Source of the DNA: Girardia tigrina
Taxonomy: Eukaryota
Direction of reading: 5' to 3'
DNA length: 54,838 nucleotides
Assembly: GCA_001938485.1 (NCBI GenBank)
Contig: MQRK01237534.1
Coordinates: 21,996 to 76,833 of the forward strand
Shown here: in pieces, positions 27,501 through 41,600 of the stretch
Numbering within the stretch: the stretch's first letter is position 1
Layout of the letters: each line of letters begins with the position of its first letter
Notes under the pieces: generated by a model
The model's database searches: none
Seen by the model: only the letters and a program-made list of their open reading frames with translations
Told to the model about the DNA's origin: nothing
Program-made: the position numbers and the translations under genes

Positions 27501-30500
27501 TTATTTTTTCAAACGTTACATATTTAATTATATAAAAATTTTAATTTGTACATATTTAATATAAGCTTCTTTCAAAAATTTTCCTAGCATTTTTAATTCC
27601 TAACAATTACATCTTGAAGTGTTTTGTAAATTTGGCTAACAAGGCTGGGTACTTTCTCAACGTTTTGGTCCTTAGAGTACTTCTGAGAAATACCATGAAA
27701 TTTCTTTGTTAATAATTGTATTTATTTATTGAAGGCTCACGAATTTGGTTAATGAAAAGATTACTAATCGTATGGATTGACAAAAATATTAAAAAAATCG
27801 TTCAAAAATGTGAAGTGTTTATAGTTTGACAAATGACATGTAAAAGGATTACTAAATAATGATTAGGATTTGAATTTCGCAATTTGGTAATGACCGACCA
27901 ATCAGACCTCAATATAGACCTCAATACAGACCTCAATATGTCGCTGTTATTATTATCGACTGTGACTGTACTATTGATTATATAATTACACATTTCATCG
28001 AAACATTTTATCATTTAAATATTCTCTTCTATATTTTTCAATTTCTATTTTAAAATTTTATGAATAGATAATTTTAAGGAATTTTAAACAAATGCTTTTC
28101 TAGTAATAAAATTGAAATTCATTTAGTTTGATGGATCTTATTTTGTTTTTTAATGATTTTTGCGATTGATTTGTTTTATTTGAAAATATTTTACTTTTAT
28201 TCCTTCAAATTAATCAATTTTATTGCTTTTAATTTAACGCTTTTTTATTTCATGTTATTATTAGTGTATTTATTAAAATTAATTTGGATTTCAAAACATT
28301 TATCCAATTTGATTTCAATTGCCACTGTATTACCCTCTAGAAATTTAATTAATTATATATTGCTGTCGTATTTCATTCGTGTTTGTGTTACTAATTTTAA
28401 TTGGCCAATCAAATCAAAGAAATGTCGGTCACAGTGCTCTGATTTCATTGGCTGTTATTTGTTAAAAATATTACTTGTTTTTTAATGATTTTTGCGATTG
28501 ATTTGTTTTATTTGAAAATATTTTACTTTTATTCCTTCAAATTAATCAATTTTATTGCTTTTAATTTAACGCTTTTTTATTTCAAACATGATTTTATTTG
28601 ATTGTTATTATTTTTGCATTTTACTGTTTTGTTGTATCATTTAACACATAACTGATATGTTATTACTATTGTGAAAACATGGTGTACTGATGATAGAATA
28701 AAAATATGAATACCATTTTATTTGAACGACCACTAATTTAATAAGAATTGATGATACTAAGGGAATTATACTGCTAGTGGGATTGAAATAAATAGAAGGT
28801 CGTCCATTGTTAAGAGAACTCACATTTGACAGAACATTTATTACATTCACATTTATTATCATCTTTATGATAATCAATAGTATTGCTTTCACTTAGATCC
28901 ATCACTCAATTTTCAATATCTCTCATTATAATCTGAAATATACTGGAGAAAATTAGTTTATTAAAAATTATTTAATTTAAATTTTATTGGCTTAAATAAA
29001 ATATTTATATAGTCATTTTTAAACATTAATTTGATTTTAATTATTTATAAATTTACAAAAATAAAATCATTAAAATTATTTAGAAGTTGCAATAATAAAA
29101 ATTAAAAATTTGAATATTAAATCTAAATTTAAATAAATTAGTTTCAGATTATAAGAATTAAAATATTGATGATCCATCTGATTAGGAGAGGGACAATCCC
29201 AAATCAACACACAATACTTAAACATGCAAACACTAAAAAAAGCAATTACACACCCCATATTCCTCACATCCATAAAAACAAAATAAATCCCATTATCTCT
29301 GAATGACGAGGGTTTCCAAAGAGTAATGTGAATAAGTTGGTGAATGCCTTTTATAAAAGTTATGAGATGCATAAAAATAAATATAATAAATATCAACCAG
29401 GCACAATTGAACAAATAAATAGGAATCATAAGGTAAAGTAAAATATTACTCATAATTAAAGTGTAGCACTCATAATGTTAGAATTCATGGTCAAATAAAG
29501 TAACCGTTACTTAATTCATGTAGGCCTTTTAATACATTTGAATATGTAACAGTAGTATGCCACTATAATCCGCTCACGCTTTTTCGACTATTTTCGTAGT
29601 TTCACATGTTTTTCAGTGTACGATTTGACGCGTAGAAATATATATCAAAATGCTTTATTATTTATTCATTATTGTTTTAATTGTGAAGCACTAAAATTGA
29701 AGGAGACTAATTTTTATGTCTAAAAAGAGATTTTATGCACAAAACAGCGGATGGTAACAAGTTAAGACACTATTTAACCCTTTAACGCACATATTTTTAT
29801 TCACGAAAACGGCCCAAAAAATGATTTTTTATTGCTGATAATTAATCCATTAATATAATTAAAGGTAAAAAACAATGAAAAGCAAGTTTACCAACAATAT
29901 TTTATTATACTAAAGTTATACAAACATTTTTGATACTCGAGTTCAGCTCGGGCTTGCGCAAATGTACCAGTAAACGGTAGCCGAACTATACTCGGGTTTG
30001 CGCGTTTAAGGGTTAAATAAAAGTTTAGATAAAGCTTTTGATATACTACTTCCGATTCCCTGATAGAAGGTTATATAAAGATTCAATGTTCCATTATATA
30101 TCAATGGGTCTCTGAATGTCTATCAAGGTATTACTTTATATTAGCTTTGTTTCTTCTCGTGAGTTTTGGTGTAATTTACAGAAATGTAAAGCTTTTTTCT
30201 ATCTTTATTGATAATTTAACCTTGAACATGGTTTTATATTGAAGCCAAAGTTACTTCGCTATTTACCCAAACTGTTTAAATTATTAATAAAGCAAAATAT
30301 TTAATGAAAAACTTCAAGTGAATTAGAATCATTTACAGAGAATGTATCATTTCCTCGTCAGCTGAAGTTAGCTAAATTGACACTTAGCTCAACAACAGGT
30401 TCATGATTTTTTTCGTCTACATTACTTTTTATACCTATTTTTAATTTATCTAATAAAATTATCTTAAAATCTTTTTAAAATTAATCATTTATTGCTTAAA

Positions 30501-30878
30501 ATATTTTTTAAAGTGTTTTTATTTAGATTTTGGTTACTGGATTAAGTGGATTATATTCATCATTTCCAAGGAAATTGGAAAATATTTCTGAAGATTGGCA
30601 ACAAATAACGGTCGACTTTATTAATTCAATACCAGAATTGAAGCACAGTTTGGTTCTCCTTGACTTTTGTAATCTTGCACTTAAGGTAATTTGACTTTTC
30701 CATCTAAATGTTAAAAGATGAATTTGCATTACAATTTGTTTCAGTTTCTTTAAATTTTTGCTTTTTTAGAGTTTATGTTTCTCCTTTTTCAATTTATTTT
30801 TTGGTTGCATCACTTTTAATTTCCAATTTTTAATTTCTTTTTCTTGATTGTTAACATAATATGTATGTATATATATTA

Positions 30879-30925
<47 letters not shown>

Positions 30926-33900
30926 NNNNNNNNNNNNNNNNNNNNNNNNNNNNNNNNNNNNNNNNNNNNNNNNNNTATATATATATATATATATATGCAT
31001 TATGTATTATGAAAGGATTAAATTTAAGTCATAAAGGTAAAAGATTGAAAATAGTTATAAAAAATAATCATCACATGAAAGAAATTTGAAATTCTCAAAA
31101 AAACCTATATATAAATAATTGTAACAAAAAAAAGAATCAAAAATGATTATAATGTTATTCTTATTAAAGATACAAATGTTTTTACGAGAAGTATTAAACT
31201 CATAACTTCATAGTCTAAATTTTTACAATTTTTTAATGTATTTATTATGTTAACAATACAAAACTGAAATCTGGAAAATAAAATCTAAACTAAATTAATT
31301 ATAAACTTGCATTGACATCTAAATTTATATAAAATTTCTATTATTAACAATATATATTTTTTTACAGAAAAAGAATTGTGTCCAAATATTTTGGGTAAAT
31401 AATATAAAAAATCAAAAAATCAGAGCTAAATTTTAAACCATTAGTTTAGTAAATCTTAGTTTTACCTCTTAATATCAAATTTTATTTTTTTCTCTAAAAA
31501 GATTGTTCTTGAAATTCGAGTTTTAAACCAAGGCATTTCTTGTTAACACCTCTAACATAATCTTTATCATAATTATTTTATTACTATAAATAAATTAATC
31601 TTTTACTTTTCTAATAAAAAATTGATTCCATTCTTTTATATTTTATTAATCAACTATTTATATTTATTCAATTCAACTTTCACTTAGAATAATTGATAAA
31701 AAAATATTACGTCGTACATCTCTTTTAACATTCTTTACATAGTTTAATGTAATTGAAAAATCACCTTGCAAGTTTAAGAAGGGTTTATTTATTTATTTAA
31801 AGGTTTAATTTAATAATTTGCGTCAAAATAAATTAAAATTAAATCACAATTTATTTAAGGGGCTGTCCATAAATGACGTCACGCGATTTTGGCAGATTTC
31901 AAAACTCCCACCTCGTCACACTTCGTAACAAAAAGCCTGACCCCACCCATCCTCGTCACACTGCGTCAGATAATTCTTTCACTAAATACTTCAGCATTTC
32001 GATTTGACGTCATATTTCCAAAACCCTCCCTTCCCCCACGTCACACATTGTCACAAAATTCTGCCCCCTCCTCCCTTCCTGGGTGACATAATTTATGGAC
32101 ATCCTTTATGTGACATCCCTAAGGACAACTGCTTCATTCATGAATATATTAAAATAGTAAAATGTTTGTGTTTAAAGCTTTTAAGTCTATATGATAACCT
32201 TTCTTTAAATAGTTTTTTTCTTATTATCTAAGAAGTAAAACTCATTTTAATTGTCTGAAATGATGTGTAAACAGGTGAATTTCTTTGTATATCATAATTC
32301 TAACATATTTACATCAGTAATAAATTAATTAGTATTCATAATCTATTTAGATCATTAAAAACCATTGAATGAGAACTAATATTTTTACTCTATCATGTCA
32401 TATGACTATGTAAAAAATAACAAAAATTGAAATGATTTCATCTATTTAAATGATATTTAAATTTAGATGTCTCATCAAAAAATTCAGATGGATATTCTAG
32501 AATTTTTGTACACAGGTTTTCTATCACCCGTCATTGGACCATCCCTACATCAGGTTGAAATTGCCTTCATCTTAATAATGTTTTAACTATATTCTACTAG
32601 AATTCTCTGGAAGAAACCATCAGTGCCACTGCATATCTGGAACTTTATTTGAGGCACCTTCATCAACCTTTGTTAATCAAATTATTCTTACAGTTCATCT
32701 TAACAGAACGACAGGAGAACTATGTTGTTCTCGACTCACTTATTAATCGTTTGAATTCCATTACAATGGTTGGTGTTTCATTTTGTCATCAATTTTTCTG
32801 ACAATTCTTCCCAACAATTTTTTATTTCATTAATTAAAAATTCTTTTAATCGAATATAATGTATAAAATACTCATTCACATAAAAGAATGTTAAGGGTAC
32901 GTATTTCAGGATAAATATTCCATTACTGTTATACTAGAGAATCGTTTGAATTATTCGAATTTGAAATAAAAATTGAAAAATCAAATAGCAAGTCAATAGA
33001 AAATAACACATTAAAACTAATTCAATGACCGGTCAGCTCGCTAGTTACAGTAACTAAATTTATATCATCATTTTCAAAAAATAAGGGACCTATAACGCCT
33101 CTTATCCAAAAACACTTCTAACCGTGGCTTTTATGTGATGTGTATCACGTTCTTGAATCCCTCTAGGGTTTTAATCATCCAATGTGCAGTCGTTTTGTTT
33201 GTTGACATGCCCCACAAGAAGGAAATTTGCCTCATCATTGCACCCAACTTGTGGCATTTCTCTCTTTTAAACTTACCTGTACGAATTCTCGTATGGTTCT
33301 GAATTGTCTTTCGATTATTCCATTTGTATTGTGGTGATATGGACTGGAGAAAATTATTCTAACACCTCTAGTCTCCAACATTTCTCTAACTTTTTTGCTT
33401 CGAAGCTCTTACCACAATCAACATGTATCTCCTTTGGTGCACCAAATTTTAATATCTATTTTTGTAATATTGTTTGTACATTCGTTTCTTCATCCTGTTT
33501 CTTGATTGCTGTCAAGCTGATATACTTGCTAAAGTGATCTATCATTCCGAGAATGTATCCTTCTCTTCTTACTGTCTCGTTCCAAGGTCCACATATATCT
33601 ATATAAACTTTTTCAAATATTTCTGATGCTGTTATTTTAACATTTTCTTCCTTTGTCTTTGTGGTTATTGTCTTTGTCTGTAGGCACTCTATGCATGTTC
33701 CTACTACCTCCTTTACTGTTTTCTTTTCTTCCTCCATATATAAAAAATACAAAATAATAATATTTTTTATTATTTTTAAATTTATTTTTATATTATAAAT
33801 AAGTGGAACCAAAAATGTAAATATCTTTTATACCAATAATCATAAAAATGGATTTATTTTTTCCGGTACTAAGTTACAAAAAAGAATTTTTATTTGCGCG

Positions 33901-35559
33901 TCCTTTAAAAACAATATCTGAATTTATTGTTAAAACTTCCGTCTTTATATTTGAGGAATTTAATTTCAAAATATGAAATGATGTCCTCAATATCATATTC
34001 TCCAAACTGTAAAAAAAATAATTTGAAAAATATTGAGATTTGAAAATAGTCTCACAAATTCTTGATTAGCATTGTCTATTTCAGAACTAAAAATCCCGAT
34101 AAGATTTCAAATATTTTCCAAAAATATATGAGAAAACATATGATGCTTCAGTTGCGTAGACCTATGAAATAATACTATACGACCATGTATAATTTTTATA
34201 CAATTCTGCAGGTTCCACGTGCATTATAAAACTAAAGAGTCGAAATGGATAATTAGTAAATATAAACTTAAGCTATAATTTACTGTGATTTTTTATAATG
34301 TCACAAAAAATTATTGAAAAGCAATAAATAAAAATTACGCATAATAATGTATTATTAAAATCTAAAAATATGAAATAAATAAAATATTTGGTAGTGAATG
34401 ACATCTGTCATCATCCGTTAGGTGGTACATTGTGTTTTAGTTTAAGACTTCTATAGGAAATAAATTTATGAAAGATTTCATCACGCCACCCGTAGAAACA
34501 GCCTTGTCGGTTACGCCTCGGCGCATTTGATTTGATTTATTATCAAATAAATTTAATTTGTAATCACTTTATAATGATATTTTTCGACCAAGCAAATCAT
34601 TGGAAAAATAATTTTTCTTTTTACGTCCTAAACAATAATCATAAGTTAATTAATTTCGACGTCTTTTGCTAAGCGTTTCTCTTTAATATTTTTTTTTCAA
34701 TTAATATTATTTTAATTTTAACTGACTTTTAGGCATTAAAAAGACTTTAAATATTTTGAGATTTTAGAAAATCAATTCAATTTAGGATAGGTTATATTTC
34801 TCATTAGCTTGTAAGAATAGTTTTTATGATTATATATTTTTGTAATTTTATATATGCTTTTATCAGTCCTTTATATTATTATTAAAATTAAATATTGTCT
34901 TTCAATGGAAACATTATTTAGCACTACACTGGTGATGAAATTGCAGTGATCCATAACTTATTCAATTTAATATGTGAAATCAAAAGTTATCTTCTAATTT
35001 TCTTTTTAAATAATTTAGTCACAAATGAAAAGATTTGGTATTTCTTCTACAAAATTGTTATCTGTTAGGCTCCTTTAAAGATGACTGCATGACATTAAAT
35101 GTTTCCCGTTTGTGTCAATTTTCTTTGTAGACCAGTATATAAAATTTTATTAAATGATTTAATAAATACAAAAAAAATTTCAATACTTAATTTATAAATG
35201 TTTTGTATTTTTAAACATTTTCTTAAGGACACAGTGGAAGGCATGTATACAGTAAGATAATTATATTTATGTGGTTTATGTTGTGGTGATTCGTATTTCG
35301 TAGAGAAAAGTTATTTATTAATTATCACTTGTTAGCAAAACTATCCCACTTGACATTTATAATGCCACTTACATCCATCATCGCTTACTACTTGCAATAC
35401 ACTTTCAACAATGATTGCCAACTTTATTGTGCTTTATCAATGTTTATTTTTCATGATTATTTCTTTTTATATTTTCAGCTTGGAGTTATAACATTATCCC
35501 TCTTTCGGACCATGTTGAGCTTCCACAGTGAAGATGTTGTCTTTGCATTGATATTCAGG

Positions 35560-35607
<48 letters not shown>

Positions 35608-38600
35608 GATTATAAATTAAAAATTTATTTTCTAACATCAATGTTTTATTAAACATTGCTCAAAGTATAAAATCTTTTACATTATTTAATCAAATTCTAG
35701 GAAAATTCGTTATAATTTTTTTCATTTGGTTTACCCTAAAATCCCATCTAGAACGTGAATCCCTTCAAAAACACTTAGAAAATGAAAATTAATTTAATAG
35801 ATAAAATAACGTTTGTGTAAACCGCGAACAACATTTTATTGCATAAATTATTTATTGTTTGTTGATTAAAATGTTTCATTAGTTAAATTTAGATAACATT
35901 CGCCTAAGAGATGGGGTTTTAAAGTATGAAAGCGTTTTTTAATGACCGATTTCCATTTAACTTAAATTGATGTACACGAGGGTCTGTTTCAATGATATAA
36001 AAATATACGTGCTATAAAATCGTATCTACTCGGAATATAAATAACCTAAATGCCTTATTAATTAATAACTTGAAGTTGTACAAGTAATCATTTGCAACCG
36101 GAAATGATTATAATAAGGACCAAGGCTTATTTCAAAACAAACGGCTCGATTGATAAAAACAGCTACATAAATTTTAGAAAATTTTATAATTTGGGATTTT
36201 GTAATGATTTTTGATTTAAAAATATAAGTGAATATAAATAGATTAATATTAATTTGAATTTTGTGGGTCGTTGACAAAAATCATCAATAATAATATTAAA
36301 ATCCATAAGACTTGGAAACTAAAATTTTTTATTTTATTGTTAATTAATCTGAACAGTTTTACCGTCATCTTCATGAGCGCCGGCACAGATTTTACAGGGG
36401 CCATATATTATATAACAGAAATAAAGGTGGTATGACTATTAACCATAGAAAATTAACCATACGAATTTTTACCGTATTTTTTCAATTACTTTAATACACA
36501 TTTTAAAAACTAACATTAATAATTAAGAAAAATAAATGAAGAAAAAATTATTATTTTTATGCATAACAGCAATGACCTGCTACTGCTCTCAGGAATCTGA
36601 TTCGAGTTTCGCTATTATAACTCATTTTCATACAGCAAGACACTCAGGCAGCTTTCAGTATTGAAAGTGAGATGGATCTACCTTTCGAGCAGAAAATTGT
36701 ATGTACCAAGTATGCTGCAAGGTAATCTCTTTTCTTAGCCCGTCGGATGACTGCACTAAAAGAGTGATTGAACGGCATATTACCAACCTTCCACTGCATT
36801 TGTCGTTCTTACCATACCGTCACAAGACCTGTTAAGATGATTCCACAGATTGATTGGAAATATTGGAGGTCTTCAAATTCCATTTCTGATTTGGCGATCA
36901 TGGATATATGTTTTCTCAAAGTACAGTAGTAGTTAATCGACTTGTTTTAGCTTTTCCACTTTCGGAAATATATCACTAATTTCCAAAAATCTATCAACGA
37001 CTTCAGTGGGAGGCCACAAAGAAAATTCTGCCAGCATTTCGACAAATATGCCTAAGTTTCATCATTTGACTCATATTCAGCCTTAAATCGTAATGCACTC
37101 ACTTTCGAAGAAAAGCTTGTGACAAAGGAAAGAAATATCCTTTAATTTCATTTTCTAAAAAGATACTCTTGGACGCATTGTTGGTAGCAATCTCAAAATT
37201 CAAAAATATATTATTCGATTTACATTGTGGTTATTGCTTATTCGAAACATTCTTTCATATGTTTGCTCCTATTTGTCCGGAAGCAAAACTATCATTGATA
37301 AAAGGTGAACACCGTTTACAGGCTGCACATGAATACTGTAAAACTGAAAAAATATTTCTGGTATAACCTTTAAACGTACCGTTGGTTATCCTTACTTTAT
37401 TTGATTAAAATGTCTCAAAAAGCTCGAAATCGTAAAACTTATGAAACTTATTTTTATTAAAGCTATTGAATAAAATATGTTTAAATGTCGTACAGTTATT
37501 TGTCTTATGGTTAAATGTCATATGGGGACTCAATGTTGCTAAATGGCATCCGTGTACCGCCGATATAAATCGAAACAACATTGTATATACATTAAAAAGT
37601 TAAAAAAAACTTTTGAATTTGAACTTTCTTTTATTTACAGGAATCTTGCTTGAATAAAAAAAGAAGCCTTCATTAGTCAGTAGCAAACTCATTAATTACA
37701 CAATTCATGACTTTTTCTTTGTTGTTCTAAACCTTTCTCATGTTTTTTTCGTTATCATCAACATGCACAGGTCAGATAAACGGTCATCAGTCGCAGTAAA
37801 CCTCATTTAAATTTTGACTCTTTGTAATGTACTGGTGGACCTTTATATTGAACAGGTAGATGTAAGTAAAGTTAATAAATTCAAAATTGCATGACGGATT
37901 GATAAAGACAAACTTGTCTTTAATAACTAATATTACTATGTAATAAATAATTTGTTGTAGATAAACAGAAAGAAAGAACAATAAATTATTATGATTATAA
38001 TTTTATTAATTACCGAAAATATATTATTAACGATAATAATAATAGCAATTAGTTAAAAGGAAATTCCGAAATATTTTATATAAAGTTGATATTAAATAAT
38101 CGCACGGGATTATTTCGAAGTATAATTATTCCAGAGAGTCACTGTGATTTTTAGTTTCAATACTTTTTGAAACTTTTTTAACGGTTTCATTATACTGTTG
38201 ATAGTGGATTTTGGGAAACAAATGACTCATGTTACGGGAGAATATAATCAGAATAGTAATTTTCAGTTGTTCAAAAGAAAAAATAATAACGATAATAATA
38301 AATTCACGGTAATTGGTAGGGCACGGAATTTAATAACCTTAAAAATCAAAAAATGACTATATTTTATTTCCTCTCTTTCCGGGTGAGATATTATTTTGTT
38401 CTTCCGCTCTGAGTCGAAATGACATTATTATTATTATTATTATTAATAATAATAATCAATGATAACAGAGTGGGTGGCGCAGTGATGTGACTGCGGCGAA
38501 TTGGAGACGTTGGCGACTCTATTGGTAGAGGAGAAGAACAAAATAATATCTCACTCGGAAAGAGAGGAAATAAAATAATCATTTTTTTGATTTTTAAGGT

Positions 38601-41600
38601 CATTAAATTCCGTGCCCTAGTAAATAGAATATAATTATATTTGATTTTATTAATTATTTTCAAACGAATAAAATTGACATTAATATAATCACTTTCTTGA
38701 CTTTTTCCTTTTCGTATTACCCTTGCTTGATCGAAATCGAAACATATCTTTATACCGGTTTTTCTCTGATTCCCTGGCAACTGCACAAATGATGTTTACA
38801 TACTCTTTAATAAAAAAGAATTATATAAATTCATTTCTGAAACTCATACAACCTACAATGTCTTAAATGTACTTTATCTACTGCCATGTTATTCACTTTG
38901 TATTTTGCAACTGACGGATGGCGAGTGTGGCATATATTCCTTTAATGTCCCATCAAAGAAACAGTAAATCATAAAACTGTAAATGGCTAATTAAAAGTGT
39001 TTACTTTGACATTTAGAGATAAAATTTAATAAAATATGACAAAACTTTCCCGCCAACTAAAAATATGAAACGATATTTTTTGATATAAAATTCCCTTGTA
39101 CAATCTATCAACGCTTTTCATATCGGAACAGAAAACATCGAAATAATTTAATAAAAACTTTTATTATTTCAGCTAATTTTATTTATAATTAAAACTATAA
39201 AATCCCGAATTATTTCAAACACTGGCTTTTTAAATTAAAAAGACGACATTAAATGTTAATTTCTGGATGAAGCCAGTTTTGGCGACTCAGTGTTGCGAAA
39301 TGACATCCGTGTGCCGCAGATATAAAGCGAAACAACAAATACCAATTGTTGGTCGTAGTCTTCAAGAGACTCATTGTCCTATTTACCAAATTTGTGGCAG
39401 TGATTCTCCCTTACAGAATCAGTGTTTGATGGAGTCTCGCTTTCACATACATATCATTATTAAAATAAACCAATAAAATTTATCGTAAAGTTCTTTTTCG
39501 GTAATGAAACTTTTTAAGTTATGAAAAAAAGAATATTAAATTATTGAACAATAAATGAAAGATAATTTTTGTCCTCATTAGTAATTTGTATTATCTGTAT
39601 CTGATATTGAATTAATTATTTATTATGTCAAATATTTGGAAAATAAAATCAAATTTTAATATTATTTGCAAAGAAAAAAAGATTTACGAATTTGAAATTG
39701 ATATTTCATTTAAAAAAATTTCTAATTCTATTTTTGTATTAATTTTACTTTGTCTGTAAGATAATATTTTTATATCTGTCTGGAATAAAAAAAATAAAAA
39801 AATTGTAGTTAAAATTTTGCGATCAAGAAAATTTATTTTTATTTTAACAAATTAGTAACGGATATTCTATATATATTTTTGATCCATTTATTTTTGTTAT
39901 CAACTAAGAATTAACGTTCTAATGCTGTTCAGTTACGGTATAGTCATTTATTAAGAGACTCTTAACGAGTTTCAAACATGTTCTATTCAGCAGCTGTACT
40001 GATAAAAAGTAACCATTTTCGTCTACAAATATCTAATATAAGATTATTATTTTCATTTTTTTTGAAAGAAAATACGAAATCAATGGCTAAGATTTTTCAG
40101 ACTTCATCTTCTAAAATTTAGAGTCTAAAATCATAAAATTAAACATTAAATTGAACAATTTGCAGGAAAACTAGCAAATTTGTTTTAATAAAAAAATGAA
40201 GAGAAAAATTAAAGACAAAATGAACAAAAAGTATGTAAGAAGCTTGTTTTTCATTTATTAAGATAACTTTTTCAATGCTAAGGAAAACATTTTGCAAAGT
40301 TTTAAGTCTTTAAATACTGTAAAATAGTAACACCCGATTTACGGAGTAAATTCTTTTAACTTATTTTCACTACAACCTTTAAAATGTGGATTTTCTTCCG
40401 AAATTGAAAATCCATTTTTTTATATTAAATCGTTTTTGTTATTTTAAATTTTCATATTTCAAAATGTATTTCATCTTGATCTCCTTTGGGTATCAGAATC
40501 TTTTTTTTTCTTGGGTACCACTTTTTTGTTATAAATGTGTAGAAATTAAATTTAGAACTTAAATATTTTACTGTGATACATAAACGGCCAGGTGCAGTGG
40601 CCTGCTGGACATGTGATGTACATGCGCATCATATGGTAATAAACGTGTAAAGATCTATTTTTGTTATTTTTTAAAGATTGAAAATCATTGAAAATGAGTA
40701 AATTAATGGCGATTGAAAATTTTCTAAGTGATTTACGACCACTGACTGGCATAATTGTCATCGGAGCATTTCCAATAGTTACATCACCTCTAACTGTACC
40801 ATTTGATCTTATGTTCTTTATGTTGGAAAGGTTGGACCTAGATCATAATTCGCACTATCGTTTCTTGGTACTTTGCAATTTGACTTAATATACCAAACTT
40901 TGCCACATTTAAAAGATTTACACTTACATTGTTGTGAGCCACTTGAGCCATGTCTTGGTTATATCGCGGAGGTGATATCCTTTTAGCCATATTGACGACA
41001 TTTTGAAACATGAAATCCTAGTCTAATCTTGGTTCTAAAATATGAAATTTATTAAAAAGGAATTAATGCAAGAAATTTATAAATATAAGTGTAGACTCAA
41101 AATTTTAGTAAATATTTCATTTCTTTGAGTATTAAAAACATTTTCTAAAAACCTCTTTCCGTTTGAATAAAATCTATGTGCTCAAATTTGAATTTATCTT
41201 GAAAATATTAAACTATACACAACCTCATTCTAAATAGTTTACAGTGGCCAATACATAACGCTGCCAGTTTCGAAGATATATTTTAACTCGATATCATTGT
41301 AGGTGGATCTTTCTGAAACTCTCTTTTAAATTATATGTGCACTTCCACTATATTCTCAGACTTATGAAATTTATCATTTTAAAATAAATTTACGTTTTTC
41401 AAATTCTAGTCTAATATCTGACGTTATTTTAAATGAGTTGTTCCTAGACAAAAATATTAAATTAGTAAGAATTTATTTTATTATTGATTTATATAATATA
41501 AATCAATATAATTGAACATTTACGCTAACTAAACAAATTTTACATCTGTCTACTTTCATTTGTACTCTTTTAGTTTGCAATGTATCAAATATAAACTGCT

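Noticed and set aside
25203-29453. Hydrophobic I/F/L/Y/K-rich ORFs resembling membrane proteins
   Set aside because: Expected from AT-rich non-coding DNA; no motifs.
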